Assembly: GCA_951804945.1 (NCBI GenBank)
Contig: OX638160.1
Coordinates: 27,156,001-27,220,000 of the forward strand
Direction: 5' to 3'
Length of the DNA stretch: 64,000 bases
Source: Podarcis cretensis
Taxonomy: Eukaryota
Both the position numbers and the translations under genes were made by a program. Below are positions 10,413 to 24,119 of the stretch, piece after piece (position 1 is the first letter of the stretch; every line of letters starts with the position of its first letter). The notes below the pieces were generated by a model. It made no database searches, was not told where the DNA came from, and saw only the letters and a program-made list of their open reading frames with translations.

Positions 10413-13400
10413 AATAGAAGTAGTAGTCGTTTTTTGAATAGTAGGGTGCTCCACCAGTAAGCATGTGTCTGTAAATTAAGATACATTAAAAAGGTCTTAC
10501 TGCTTGGTGGCTTCCAGGACAGACATAATGTTCAGGATGTCAACATTGATTTAGTATTCTTTTTTGACCCAAAGATTAACCCAAAGATTTTTTTCAGCTC
10601 AATTTCAGCTGAACGCGATCTTAATTCTGACCAGCATTTTTTTTATGTTAGAATTCTAATTTGCACCCCCCCTTAAAAAAAAAGCAAAACACACACATAC
10701 TTGTGAATAGTCTTGTATAGGATGGGCTGTAAATTGCTTTGAGTTCATGTGGACATACTCCCAAGTAAGTGGATATAAAATATATCCACTTATAAAAATG
10801 TATATAAAAATGTAGCCTTAAATGGCTTCAGTAGATATATTTTGTTTTACAACCCTAGAAGTTCAGCCTCTTTAGGGCTTTTGTATACTAAAAGCTAAGT
10901 ATCAGTATTTGTTTCCCACACTTGTTTTACAAGCTTTCTGACTCTTTCTCGCCAAAGTTCAGACAGCAAAAAGTTGCTGCAGGCTAAATAGCTATAGTTC
11001 AATAAACTTTTCATGTTGTCTGACAAAAAAACCCAACAGCACTTGTAAGCTGAAGCTTTGAGTGGAGAATAAGAAAAACTTAATGAACAATTGCCCACTC
11101 AGAATTTCAGTGCCATCATTAGCATGATGATACAAATCTCCTGGAAGAGTAGGGATACTAAAATTATCTTTTTCTTTTTCATCAAATTTTTAATCAGCTT
11201 CCTCATACTTTCAGGATTCTTTTCCCAACCTATTTGCCGTTATCTCTCCAGAGACAAAATGCAGAATGAAAAAATGCAGTACATGATAATTATCTATGTT
11301 CTTGTAAAAATGTTTCTTTCTCAGCCTTAGATAATTCAAAACTAAATTCCACATTGTATAAACTCTGGGTAGAAAACACACCAAGCATAACCTGGAAATT
11401 TCCAAAATATCCTTTCTAAGAACATATATAATTAATCACCAGTCAAAGAGGTTCTTACATATTAACATGCTAAAAATCTAAACACATTTCCTGGGATACT
11501 ATAACAGTGTTCAATAGATATATTCTGTCACCAATGCGACACAAATGTCAGTCACAATGAGGATAAATGATGGGGATGCAGATGAAAATAGTTTGTTGAA
11601 ATTGTATCTGTTACTTAATAGCAATTATTTGTTTCAAAAGGCAGTCACAGCTTAAAATAAGATGGAGTTGCATAAAATTAAATATAACTTAGCTATTTTC
11701 AGTTTCCCTTTGCTCAAACATAAAACTGGTGGGTGTTGCTTTTGCATGGCTTCATAGTTAGGCTTGGAATTACTGCCTTGTTTGTTTTCCCATTAAAATT
11801 TTGCACCACTATATAACTAGATCCAAACATCTATAGTTTTAACCTTTTTATTCAGATGTATTGTTCATGCCCATGATTGGTGCAATTTATTCTAGATGAA
11901 CACATTATTATTATTATTATTAAAAACACATTAAAATGTAGCCACCTTGAGGTGGCCAGTGGTTAAGAAAGTTCAAAAAGTGATCTGGATGAGGGCTCTA
12001 CCTCAGTAAGGCAGTTAGAACCAGTTGTACCTGTTGCCACCTCACTAAGTATCCAGGGAGTGAGGTTCCTATGGTAGCCAATCCACGTAGGTGACCAGAT
12101 CAGAGGTGGAGGTGTCAGAAGATTGGACTCCAGTCCCATCTCCAAGGACTTGTCACTGCAAGTGTGAACAGACCCAGCCCCTGCTGTAGGAGCACTTGCT
12201 TGCAAACTCAATCAGAAGGGGCACATCACATATTCAGACAATGTCTTTGCTTAAGCCAATCCATGTATCCTAGATTTTGCATTTTGAACGTGTCACATGT
12301 GTTTTGAGCTGATGCAGAGATTGCATGGTGAATTAGTAAAAAAAAACTTGCAGGATTTCTTGAAAGGAGATTCTGAGTCTTTTGTCCAAGGATGTGAGCC
12401 AGGACATGTGCTAAGAGTCTTACCCATAGTGTGAGAACTTTGTTGTTTAGTATTTTAAAAAATCACAAACATTGCCTAGAAAAAAATGGTTGCTTTCTGG
12501 TTCATTTTTCAAACTTCGGATTTTGTCTTCTGTGTATTCTCCAAGTTTGTTTTCTTTAGTGTCCTCTTTTCTTAGGCATGTATTTTATTTATCAAAGCCT
12601 TTGGCAGAACTAAAAATTACTTATCTTTTTCTTCATGGATTTTGAGTTGTGTAGTTGCTTTAAACACACATTAATGGTGTTTATTATCCGCTTATATAGA
12701 GCATTTTTATCCCACTCTTCAACAAAAGGGCTCACGAAAGTGATGTATATATAATCATTTACAACAAGACAGCCTCTGTCCACAGACTCACAATCTAAGT
12801 CATGACACAAAAGGGAAAAAAGGATGGGAAGGAAGAGGACAATAGAAAACTTAGTTGCCAGTTTTTGAAGTAAAATACTGTACTTCTTATAATAACCATT
12901 TGGAATAGAAAATATTCAGGAACTGGAGGAGCTCTAAGGAGTCTTTCAGTAGAACTGATGGAATGGTCCCGTTCCCATATATCCCATAACTGCAGCCAAA
13001 TTGAATGGCAACCCCCCTCAAATAATAATATGGTTAATGATAATAATGTTGTAGTACTGGAAGGGATGCAAAACAAACATTGCTCAGGAATTGCCTTTGG
13101 CTTGCTTTTGGCATATTCAGCCCTTTTGCCTTCTACACTTCACATGTTATTTGGCATTCAATGTTGCTAAAATGTAGGTAACCTCCAGAATATAGACTTA
13201 GATATAATAGCATAATCCTTATTGAGCGATAACGATTCCTTCAGAAGCACAGAGAAAATTGGTATTCAGCGTAGTTTTACTCAGAGTAGTTTTACTCAAT
13301 TGAAATTAAGAAGAATAAATTAGTTCCATTAATTTTAGTGGGTCTGCTTGGTTGAATACCACCCAATATGTTAGTGTAATACTGTCTTTGGAATGATTGC

Positions 13401-14434
13401 ATGAACCTGGGTAATCCAAACTTGATGCAAGACTAATTTGTTTCCTCTAACTAAGCTCCTAATTCTTGTTACAGTTCTGTGTGTAATGTGCTGTGACCTT
13501 ACTGTCAAACTGCATTCATTAAGATGAAGAAGATAAGCTTTTGAAGTTGTATGAGCTTTGATTTGATGATAAGATGTGCAGTGCAAAAGTGGGAAATGCT
13601 TTTCTCTAAAAGGACAGCTGGGGTAGAGGGGAAAATTTGGATTTTTGCCAGACTATCTTTCCATAGTTTCATTACTTTTGCAAGTGAATATTGACTTGGC
13701 TATTATTGACAATTGTAACTGCAACATGTGTTGGTGGGGGTGGGGAGCAAGGGAGAACATGTGAACCTCCCACTTAGAGTGATGTTTAGTATGGATAAAT
13801 TGACTTCTTGCCCTTTGCTGTAACTTCTTTATTCCTCTGTTTCCTCTAGCTATCCTAACATCTAATAGCTGAAATTGTACAATATTGAAATAAACAACGA
13901 CTTATCGTCCTATAGAAACATGCATCTAGATTCTAGACAAACAATAAGGGCATTCATCCCAATGTTAGATTCTTGCATCATATGCTAGAATGCTTGCTCA
14001 AAACTCTTTGGGAATTGAATTAAAATGAAGCCATCTGTTTATCTTTACATTTGCTGCAAGAACAAAAACGCCATGTCAGATTAGCATTACATAACAAGTT
14101 TGCTAATGGGGTATACGTGTTTGTGCTGTTTTTAAACTTTGTTAAAAATAATTTATCCAGTAATATTGTATTTTACATAGCGTAGCTGTGCCTATTAAGT
14201 TGGTTTCTGTACTGCTTGTGCTTTCCAGTTTATTTCACTCTTGTTTTTTATGTGATGGAAAATATCTACTTCTACCTGTCAGCTGCAGCAGCTACCTCTG
14301 ACAGAAAACTCTTGCTAAATCAGCTCATTTATAGCTTCAAAACCTAATGGGTTTGCCTCTTGAATGATTTGTGCTGAAGTTTTTCACTTGGTTTCTGAAC
14401 CAGAATACCATTGGCTTGTTGTTGTTTTTGATGC

Positions 14435-14697
14435 AGTGAAGTTAAGAAGTAGAGCAGTGGGTCGTCAGCATATTCCTGACAACATACTCCAAAACTCTGA
14501 CCCCACTCAGGAGCTTCATGTAGATATTAAGCAGCATAGAGGATTAAATCAAACCCTGAGGAACACAGCATTGAAGTCTCCATGGGGCTGAAGTGCACAC
14601 CCCAAGCATCACCCTCTGGAAACAATAATCCAAGTAAAACCAGAATCACTGCAAAGTAGTTCCAGCCACCCCCAACTCTGACAGTCACTCCAGAAGA
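14435..14697 (-). mobile_element. L2-type LINE RT fragment, decayed
   Basis: Reverse strand reads ...ELGVAGTTLQ*FWFYLDYCFQRVMLG...CCVPQG...MLLNIYMKLL, followed by a frameshifted YADD-like motif (rc of gtcgtcagcata). Confidence 0.75.
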
Positions 14698-14888
14698 GTG
14701 AAGTGGAAGTACTGGTAACCATAGGAGAAAGTGATCCTGTTCTCTTGGGGTTTGCTATACAAGAGGTAAGGGGAAGCTGAGTGTAGTCAGACATGCGCTC
14801 TAGACTTGAAGAAGGTTGATTTCAAAAAGCTTAAGGAGCTACTGGGTGAGATTCCATGGTTAGAAATACTCAAAGAAAAAGGAGTCTG
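14698..14888 (+). mobile_element. CR1 LINE ORF2 fragment (end of endonuclease/linker)
   Basis: Reads EVEVLVTIGESDPVLLGF...SQTCALDLKKVDFKKLKELLGEIPWLEILKEKGV; homologous to the minus-strand CR1 piece near 60280-60330. Confidence 0.75.
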
Positions 14889-15389
14889 AGTTCACCCCAT
14901 CCCCAACCACAATGTGGATATAATAATACTGACTTGCTTGACTATATGGAATACAGATTACCCAATAATATGCTTAGAATAATTTGAAGCACTATATAAA
15001 TGCTTCATTTGCATTTGTATTGATGTTGGGTTCTTTTTATAGTTGTAATCTTTTGTGTGTGGCTAGCACTGAGTTTATATGGTGGAGGGCTTCCAGTAAC
15101 TAATATAGATACCTAAAGTGATGAGGATAGATAATAAAAGATCAGGGGAAAGAAAGCCAGTAGACAGGCATCAGAGTGTGATGTGCTCAGTATGTTTAAG
15201 TTTTAATGACCTGTTTGAGGTTATAGAGAGAAAATAACGATCACCAAGAAGAGGTAAGGGCCTGAGGTGATACTTTAACAGTGAAGAATAGAAAACTCAT
15301 AAATAGGAAAGCATGCAGTTATGTTAAGCCTGTTGCCTGCTTTCTATTGAACATTTACTGGATTGATTTTATTGTACATCATTAGAAGT

Positions 15390-15428
<39 letters not shown>

Positions 15429-15430
15429 AT
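15390..15430. repeat. (GT)n microsatellite
   Basis: About 16 perfect GT units with an imperfect extension. Confidence 0.95.
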
Positions 15431-15577
15431 GTATATGTATGGTTGGCATCCGTCTGTATCAGCAGACAATGGAAGACTGTGCCTTTGGGAGTGAAGCCTG
15501 CTGTGGCTGTAGAGATTGATAAGGGAGAGACATGTTTTGTTGTATCAGAGGCAGATGAAGACATCTGATTGTGCTGA

Positions 15578-15614
15578 TGTGTGTGTGTTTCATAAACACA
15601 CACACACACACACA
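15578..15614. repeat. (TG)5TTT-CAT-AAA(CA)n inverted microsatellite hairpin
   Basis: Perfect 13-bp stem with a 3-nt loop. Confidence 0.85.
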
Positions 15615-16649
15615 CCTCTCATGTCAAACTATATTATTAATCCATCCCTCAGTATGAGACCTTCTGGAAATAATATATAGGAACATAGGAAGCTGCCTTA
15701 GACCACTGGTCCAGCTAGCTCAGTATCTGCTGCACTGACTGGCATATGAAAGCAGCAAAAGCATTTCCCCCCTTCCCCTTCCCCTTTATATAGCTGTTGA
15801 TTCTATCTTGTAATGTAAACATCGCTCTAGAAATTTTGACTTAAAGGATGGCCCTATCTTGAGCTAGGGGACAAAGTATATAAAAGAACAAAAACCAGAA
15901 AAGTATTACTTGGATATGACTGTACATTATTGTCTTTGGATATACATTTATATTATGAGGGATGTTGTTCGTTTTCTGATGTATGTGTGAGTTGACAAGT
16001 TACCACTGGCATTTCGGCTTCTGTAGTGACACATGGCTTGTCATGTCACATTGGTTAAATATACTATATTTTAGGAATATTAAATGTGCACATTAAATAT
16101 GCATTACAGTGTGAGTATTAAATATAGATTACAGAGAAAAATAAAATATGTGCAAAACCTTTTACAGGTTTAATAGGAAAAGGTTTTTCTGTTACTTTTC
16201 CATAGACTTAATATAATTTTTATGTGAAGTGACTGATTTGGATAATCCAGTGTTAAAACACTGAATAAAGTACTTGCATTCTTAAGGGTTAATATAGCAA
16301 ACTGAATCAACTGATGGTATGCAGGGCAGATAATATTACATTAACATGTTAAACTTGTTCTAATAATACACATTAATTTATTTGAAAAATTTATTCACAC
16401 AGGAGAAAAAAGCTAGAAAGAACAACATTTTCCCTTTTTTATACTTTACTCATGGGGTAGGGGGGAAGGTGAAATGCAACTCTATAATTCTGTGTGGGTT
16501 CAGGTGAAATAAGTATACTGTAGGTTGTATGTGGAGACAGATTATGCGTCATTCAGAGCACCTACAAAATATTACTAGTATTGAAATCATTTTTGGGTGA
16601 CTTTATTGGTTAACTATATTTTCCTTTAATTATGCCTTTTTTCTTTCAG

Positions 16650-16744
16650 CTTCTCTTTTGAAGGGCCTAAAACATTCTAATATTGTGCTGCTTCATGATA
16701 TTATTCACACAAAGGAAACATTGACACTGGTATTTGAGTTTGTG
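16650..16744 (+). CDS. CDK14: CDK14 exon (95 nt): (A)[31 protein letters not shown], gatekeeper/hinge
   Basis: ttctttcag|CT acceptor; GTG|gtaagt donor; phase 1 to 0. Not in the ORF track. Confidence 0.96.
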
Positions 16745-19700
16745 GTAAGTTAACATTTTTATGTACTGTGATCTAAACCAGGGCCTCAAAAAGCAAAATG
16801 GGTGCCATTTAGTTAAAAAATACTCAGATTATTTAAATAATAGTCCCTTGCTGCCCATTGAGAGAGACTAGAATGTAATCTAGTGCGTTGAGTCTGGAAA
16901 CCTGTGAGCCTGTCTAAATCTTGCTCCCAGTCCATCATTAAGTTTGGTCAGCTAGGATGTGGACCAGACCTTTTTAAGATCTAATTTTCAGTTCAATTGG
17001 ATAAAACAGACACAAATAGTATAACGGACAAAAATTCAAAGATGAAAAACAAAACTATAAAATAGGCGCATAAAATGAGTAGTTGCATATGACTTTAAAT
17101 AACAAAGTTCAGACTTACTAACTTTATCAGATCATCAAGTTGCAGATTTGCCAGGCTTGTCTTGAAAATGATACTAGCTATTGCTTTTGATTGTCTGCAA
17201 ACATTGTATACATGAATATCGCTTCAGTGTATGTTATGAATTGTGTTAGGGCCCATGAGAAGCCAAAAGGCAGGATGTAAATATTTTAAGTATACTGTTA
17301 CAGAAGTATTGACAATAGCAGACATTATTGTAATGTTATTGATTCTTCAGTAATTTTTGATAAGTGATAGCTTGCCAAATGATTATAGACCATTTTTATT
17401 TGAGCTTATTGGGCTCATGGCTATTGTAAGACTTAAAAGGGGATGGAAGGGAAGCAGTATACAGGATTAAATTCTCCCCAAGTGACTTTTGTTTCACCTG
17501 GCAGCTTGTATTTTAATAAGCAGTGTCAGAAAAAGTCTGAGGAATGTAATTTATACTTCATAGCATATACTCTCTAACTTGCATTTCAGCTATTAATTAA
17601 AACTTCAATTTGCACAATGTAATGATCTAATTTTGTGTGGAAAATTGCTTTGTGAAGTCTTGGATCTGAACTCCTAATTAATCATTCTGCGTTTTCCTAA
17701 GACAAACATATGGTATTTGTGTAGAACCACTTCAGCATTTAACTGGTGTATTGTAGAATGTACAGTCACAATTAACCCCAAATTTCTACAGATTGAGTTC
17801 AGGATATTATAAGAAGCAAATGAATCTCAAATAGGGTTGGTTTTTAGATAGTATGTTATGAAAAGTCCATTTACCTTGCCTATTTACATATAAATGATAC
17901 ATTTTAATAATACGGTTATTTCTCTGTAAAACAACTGGTGCAGAACAGTTGCAAGAATGACACTGGAGACATTGACATAGCTAAATGCTTTTGTCTAATG
18001 TATAAATAAATGGGAATTTTACTGTTATTTAATTTCAAACTGAGTAACCAATGACAAGTCATAGCTTTTAATCTTATGTAACAGTAAACACATTTTGCAT
18101 AACTTTTAAATGAATAAAATGTCTTGCCTTATGTCACTGTATATCTTTTGGACAGCCAAAAAGTAATAATGATTGCAGAATTATCCATTGGTGCAATGCA
18201 AATGCAAATGCCTCTTGCTGGCTTCCATCCTTTGCTCATGTTTTGCTGGTAGAACAGTGAGCATTCATTTTCTCTAGAAAAGTACACACACTGGAAGCCC
18301 TGGGTAGGCAGAAGGATGAAGAGGCAACATTTCTCTGAGACAGGAGCATTCAAAAAAGCATTTTCTGTAGCAAAGACATGTTCGTAGCTACAACATCTCT
18401 TTGCATATGGCCTTTCTGCCTGTAATCAAAGGGAGACAAGCTGAGCTATACCAGGGAAAACTGATGCCTTTTTCTCCCTTACTGATTTCTCTTCCCTGAT
18501 TTTTGGCCTCTCTGAACTATCCTTTAGCTGGAAAACTGTAGTGACAAATAAAAAAGAAATGTAAAATTTTCCCACATGCTGATATAACTTATGTGAGGAA
18601 ACAAACAAAAAACCCTGACTATATCTCCCCATCCTCTGTAAAACTCTTTTGAATTATAGTACTTAAAATATTTTAGCCAGGATCCTGAACAAAGAGGATC
18701 TACTTAAATCTCACTGAAGACAATGGGCTAGTTTGTATGTTGGCATTATGAGTTACTTTTGGGTTTACATGTTACCCATTCTCTTGTGCTGCCACTGACT
18801 TCTGATTTTATGACAAATCACAGTTTGCTGTTGGACCTGGGCAAGACAGATTATAGTTTTTGTAAACTAGCCTTGTAAGAAAGGCCACAAATACTAGGAA
18901 AACAATAAAAAGGATGGAGTAGAAATAAAGGAAATTATTTATTGTACAAAGCATTTTGGACCACTCTGGTCCTTTATCATGGAAAGCTACAATTTAGAAA
19001 TATATATAATTACAAATCTGAATATGACTTAAACTCTTCATAAAACAATATGTTAACACCATGAAGCATTCCAAAAGCAAGTTTAGAAAAAATACACCTG
19101 TCAAATGAAAGTATGAATGTTTAAACATTTTAAAGTTCTCATGGATTAACCACTGTAAATACTTGTATATACAAGTTACGAAGATGGGTTACTTAACTAG
19201 ATATATAGAAGTTCAGTATTTTGTGGTACCATCTCCTCTTTCATTGTACTATACCAACAACTAAAACCAGATTTATCTTTCAACCCATCCTGTTTCAAAC
19301 AGTTGTGTCTTAAGATTAGGTCTTAGAAGACACACAAAAACAGTGTGTTGCTTTGAATCATTTGGAGAGGCATTCCTTAGATAATTTGGCAAAGAATACA
19401 ATTGCTACTAAACTGGCAGACAAAGTTGAGGCCATCGTGCTGGCATTTTGGATTATGAAAAAGTGGTGATAAGGATACAAATATTACAGTTCACATGATA
19501 AGAATCCTGTTCACGATATACAATGAGAAATTAGATTTCTGTTGGAAGAAGGTTTTGCCTTAGGTTATTTAATTCAGAGAGAACACGATTCTCTGTAGAA
19601 CAAGGGCCCCCTATACTGCACCATTCTATATACTTCTTAATACCTGCTGCACAGGAGATCTGTAGTTTCAGTATGTAATTCAACTTTAGAACCACTTTCT

Positions 19701-19854
19701 AAGAATGGAAGATTCTTTTTGGCTCCATTTGTGGTCCAGTTGAAATCCTATATTAGAGATTTCATGGATTTAATAATAAACATGAAAATTTGAAATAATC
19801 AGCTCAAATTATCTGTTAGTGACTTTGGATGTTGCTGCACTGATGAGGATAATT

Positions 19855-20130
19855 TTATTGTTTATATGCCACTCATCTGACTGGGTTGCCACAGCCACTA
19901 TGGGCGGCTTCCAACAAATTATAAAACCAAAGTAAAACATCAAATATTAAAAACTTCCCTATATAGGGCTGTCTTCAGATGTCTTCTAAAAGTCAGATAG
20001 TTGTTTATTTCCTTGACATCTAATGGAAGGGCGTTCCACAGGGCGGGCGTGACTAATGAGAATGATCTCAGAGCTGGATCTCAGTGTCTGGGCTGAACAT
20101 TTGGTGTGGAAACGTTCCTTCAGATATACA
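19855..20130 (-). mobile_element. L2-type LINE 3' end
   Basis: gggttgccacagccactatgggcggcttccaaca...gggctgtcttcagatgtcttctaaaagtcagatagttg...gggcgttccacagggcgggcg is a typical antisense lizard L2 terminus. Confidence 0.75.
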
Positions 20131-21440
20131 GAGCGAGCAATGTAGAGCAAGTTTTAGATTTGCAAGAAAATAAATTTACTACCCCATTATATTGTAGCCC
20201 TTACAGAATTAGTTCTCTCTAGAAATTACTTGCCTTCCATCAGAAATATTACTGGCAGGAGTCAGGCACATACCCAGTTGGAAAGGTTGACCCAGGGGTG
20301 TGGGTGTGTGCAAAAATCACGCCTCTCCACTCTGACACTGAGTGGCTATTAGCCTGTCTGCACATGCCCCAGACCACTCCTCCACACAGTGGTGGTTGAG
20401 GCACGCCAGCTCCTCTGGGTTCCTCAGCAGACGAATCCAGTTGCTGGCATGGGCCATGACAGCAGCCTGCAGGGGCCTCTCCCCAGTCTGCCAGCGGTAC
20501 TATTAGAAGTGTGAGTTCTCCACCCACCAGCTGGGCTCTGAGGGAAGAAAGACTGAGAGAGTGGGTAAAAGTTGCAAGAGGAAAAAGGAAGGAATGGGAG
20601 GAAGGAGGCAGAAGGGAAAGCAGCGAGCAGAGGGAGGGAAGAAGGCAGGCAGGCAGACGGATTGACAGAGGAGAAAGAGGATGAGGTGGCTGTGGTGGAA
20701 GTCACTGGCAGAGTGCGAAAGGCAACAAAAAGCAAGTTTCTGGTGTCTCCTGGCTTTGGAGGTGCTGATACATCTCCTTTCCAAGGGTTCAAGGAAACCT
20801 AGGTACGCCTTCAGGGATTAGGCCTAGGGCTGTCCATTGCAACAGAACTGGCTAATATGTAAGTGGGACAATTGAGAAAAATAAGGAAGTGGGCTTAGAG
20901 GGGACAGTACAGAAATGAGTTTTTTTATATCACCTTTTTAATACCTCAGAAGTATACCTTGTAAAAAGATTTAACAAGTTTTTCAAAATTGGTAGCATAA
21001 GGCAATGTAACCAGGGATGATGTAGTGATATTTTGAGCTTCAACATTGACCCACGGGCGAGGTAGAAAGGCATCAAAGTAAGATGATAAATATGGAATTC
21101 CCCACCCTCCCATTTTAGATGATAAGAATGAAGAAGCGATCTGGCACTTTCAGCTTGAAAAACTAGTTTGTTAAAAAGCTGTTACCAGGAGGCAAGCATT
21201 TTTCATAGGATCAAAAGAGGAAGGACCTGAAAGAGAAACAGGAGTCTCATTCTAAATGAAATAAGTAGACTAGTTCTATGTGCAGTGTTACTATAGGACA
21301 ATCTGAGGATGGAGTTAGCACAACTTATAGTGTGTTAGTTTTGGAATCAACCCAGGGACTTTCAGCAATATGAGCCAGTGCATTTATACAAAGAGTAATT
21401 TTCGCACCAGTTGTGGCATAGTTGTACTATATATGTATAA

Positions 21441-21535
21441 GAATCATAGAATTGTAGAGGGTCATCTAGTTCAACCTCCTGCAATGCAGAAATCTCAAGT
21501 AAAGCATCCATAACAGATGGCCATCCAACCTCTGC
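21441..21535 (-). mobile_element. CR1 LINE 3' tail fragment
   Basis: gaatcatagaattgtagag...gtcatctagttcaacc (rc of the ATTCTATG tail); collinear with the copy at 59531. Confidence 0.8.
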
Positions 21536-24095
21536 ATGGAATCATAGAAATATATGAAGTAGGGGATATGGAAGGAATGGGATGGCAAACTTTGGTGTCA
21601 CTTTTCTGCATGGAATAGTTTAGGCATTTTGGTCAGCACAAAGTCAGACATGCCCTTAATGGCTCTGTCACTTGATTTAATACCCTATTCTAGTGGGACT
21701 GAAGCTAACAGGCAACATAGCAAGATGGACTTGCCCCACACTGGATGCTGCTGCAATTCTATGTGCAAATGTTTTATGTGATATTTCGGCTATATATAGT
21801 TAAAAGGATCTGGGTAGAAGTATCATAATGCAAACAGATGGCTCAATGTTCATTCATTTATCAGTGTCATTATTTGATGGATGAGAATGCCATTCTCTTA
21901 TTGTCCATATAATGGCAAAGATTCAGATAAGAGAATGATTGTCTCTTCTTGAACTTAATTCTGTTTTGGGGCTATTTGTTGGGAAAGGGGATATCCTTGT
22001 GCCCCTGAAACATGAAAATTTGAGACAGAAATCTGTCATCATTATGGGAAACTCTACAGGCCAAGGCCTTTCATTCTCTCTCTGGCTGTCTAACCCATTC
22101 CATTATAAAATACAGACTAGAGAACTTCAGAGATAAAACATTTTATCTCCCCCTTCCCACCCATTACTCTTGGCTTCCTGAGTTAAAATAACATTTCTGT
22201 TCATCTTCTGTATGGAGGGATAGCAAAAATTCTAGGAATTATCCTTCATTTTCAGAGAATTATGTGGTTGGTCATGATTCAGGGCAGCAAGGAAGCTGAT
22301 AGGGCCAACCAAAGCTTCCTAGGATAGAGGTTACTTCCCCAAAGAAAGGATGTTCATAGAGCAGTGTTGACATTCAGTCCTCTAAACCTTGCTGTAACCC
22401 TTTCTGAGGACAACCTGCTGTCTTCTCAAATTGTTAAATTTCTTAGGGTCTTATTGTGCATGACTCTAAAAAAGCAGGACTGGCTATGGTCAGTGCCTGA
22501 ATGGGAAACTGCCTTGAGCTGAGGTGATGAAAGAGAGGTGAAATGCAACTATAACAAATAACTTAGCATTTTGTGTTCCTTGCTTCTGTAATTTAAAGGC
22601 AAACTTCATTGCTAGAATTATTTTAAAAGCTTTAAAATGTTTCATATTTTGCATTCATATAAATGGTACAAGTAGATAACACTGATGTTCTTGTAAAAGA
22701 GTGGAAAGGTCAGTACCAAAATGCATAAATATTGACTAAGACTTCAATCACATGCACATTTTGAGGAGAATAAGCACCCTTGAATTCAGAAAGCCTTGAC
22801 TTGTTAAACAAATTTACTATAAGTTTCTATAACTATTGTGTCAGTCAAATGTGTACATTTCCAAGTACGTAAAAGTAATAGATAAAACAGAATAACAAGA
22901 AAACAATCTTTAAAAAGCAAGAAAATGATGGTTATGAATGACAATTTTAAGGGTCAGAATGGAAGGCTTTAAAAAACAACAACTCTGGAATTAACCTATT
23001 TAGTAGAACAAAGAATGCAAGGGACTTTCGCACTTTCACATACTTGTGAACTTTGGACAGGTTTATACATGATTACAAGAATGAACTACCGTAATTGTAT
23101 AAATACATTAATATGGATGCTTATTTCTAGTGAATAAAATCTAAAATCTAAGTGTTTACTGAGTGATCATTTTAATACTATGATGAAGCCATTTCACATC
23201 AGGGCTGAGCCAAAACTGATTTCAATCCATGCAAGGATGATGCTAAAATGTTACTGGTTAATTTAAAACACCATAATTGGTTACTTTAATATTTTATGTT
23301 AATTTTAATTATTACTTTAAATTGCAATTTATTTCATAAATGAGAATGACTACAAATAATCCTAAAAATGTGGGATTCTGTCTTGTTATATTTCTACTTA
23401 GAGTAACTTCTTTGTAGAGTATGGTTGCATGCAATTGTTGCAAATATGTTATTTCAGCTATATCTTTTATTGTTCTTTGCATTGTATTGTCTGCTTAAGA
23501 ATTTCTTAGTGACAATAGGGAAACTATTCTTGTCAGAAGAACCTCCGGAGCGTAACTAATGTGTGCAATCTCTTTAGCAGAAAAGAATGGCTTGCAACAG
23601 TCTTGCTGCCTCAGTGAAACAATACATTCTGTCTGCTGCATGATGTCATTGCCAGAAGCTAAATAGTACAGTTTTTGTTTTAATGGAAGAGCTCTTTCAC
23701 ATTGCTGGTTTGACATGATGGGAATGTGGTTGGAAATGCTTCCTGTTCATTCACAGGCCCCAGGCTGTCCATGCATTTCAGCTTCAGAAATGACAGCTGA
23801 AACCAATTAGGTACAACTATGGGACAGCTAAGTCACATGTAGATTTATCATTGCTGCGAAAGAGAGGAGGAGTGAAGAATATTTCATTGAAAATATAAGT
23901 GGCTAATTAATAGTGAATGATTTCTGAGTAAGGAGGAGGCTGGATATGAGCTCCTTTTGTGAGATTTGTCCCTGAAGTAATGAAATCTAGCTATCTATAT
24001 ATCCAAATATCTCTCCCTCTCCCCTGCCCCTCTTTCTAAAGATAGACCTGTTTGTTTTTTATTGCAACTGTTGAACCTATACTCAATGATATATG

Positions 24096-24119
24096 AATTG
24101 ATTGATTGATTGATTGATT
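24096..24119. repeat. (GATT)n microsatellite
   Basis: About 5-6 units. Confidence 0.85.

Noticed and set aside
20249-20810. Stacked ORFs, including a Glu/Lys/Arg-rich 76-aa frame
   Set aside because: Purine-rich low-complexity tract, probably inside a decayed DNA transposon; no fitting splice sites.
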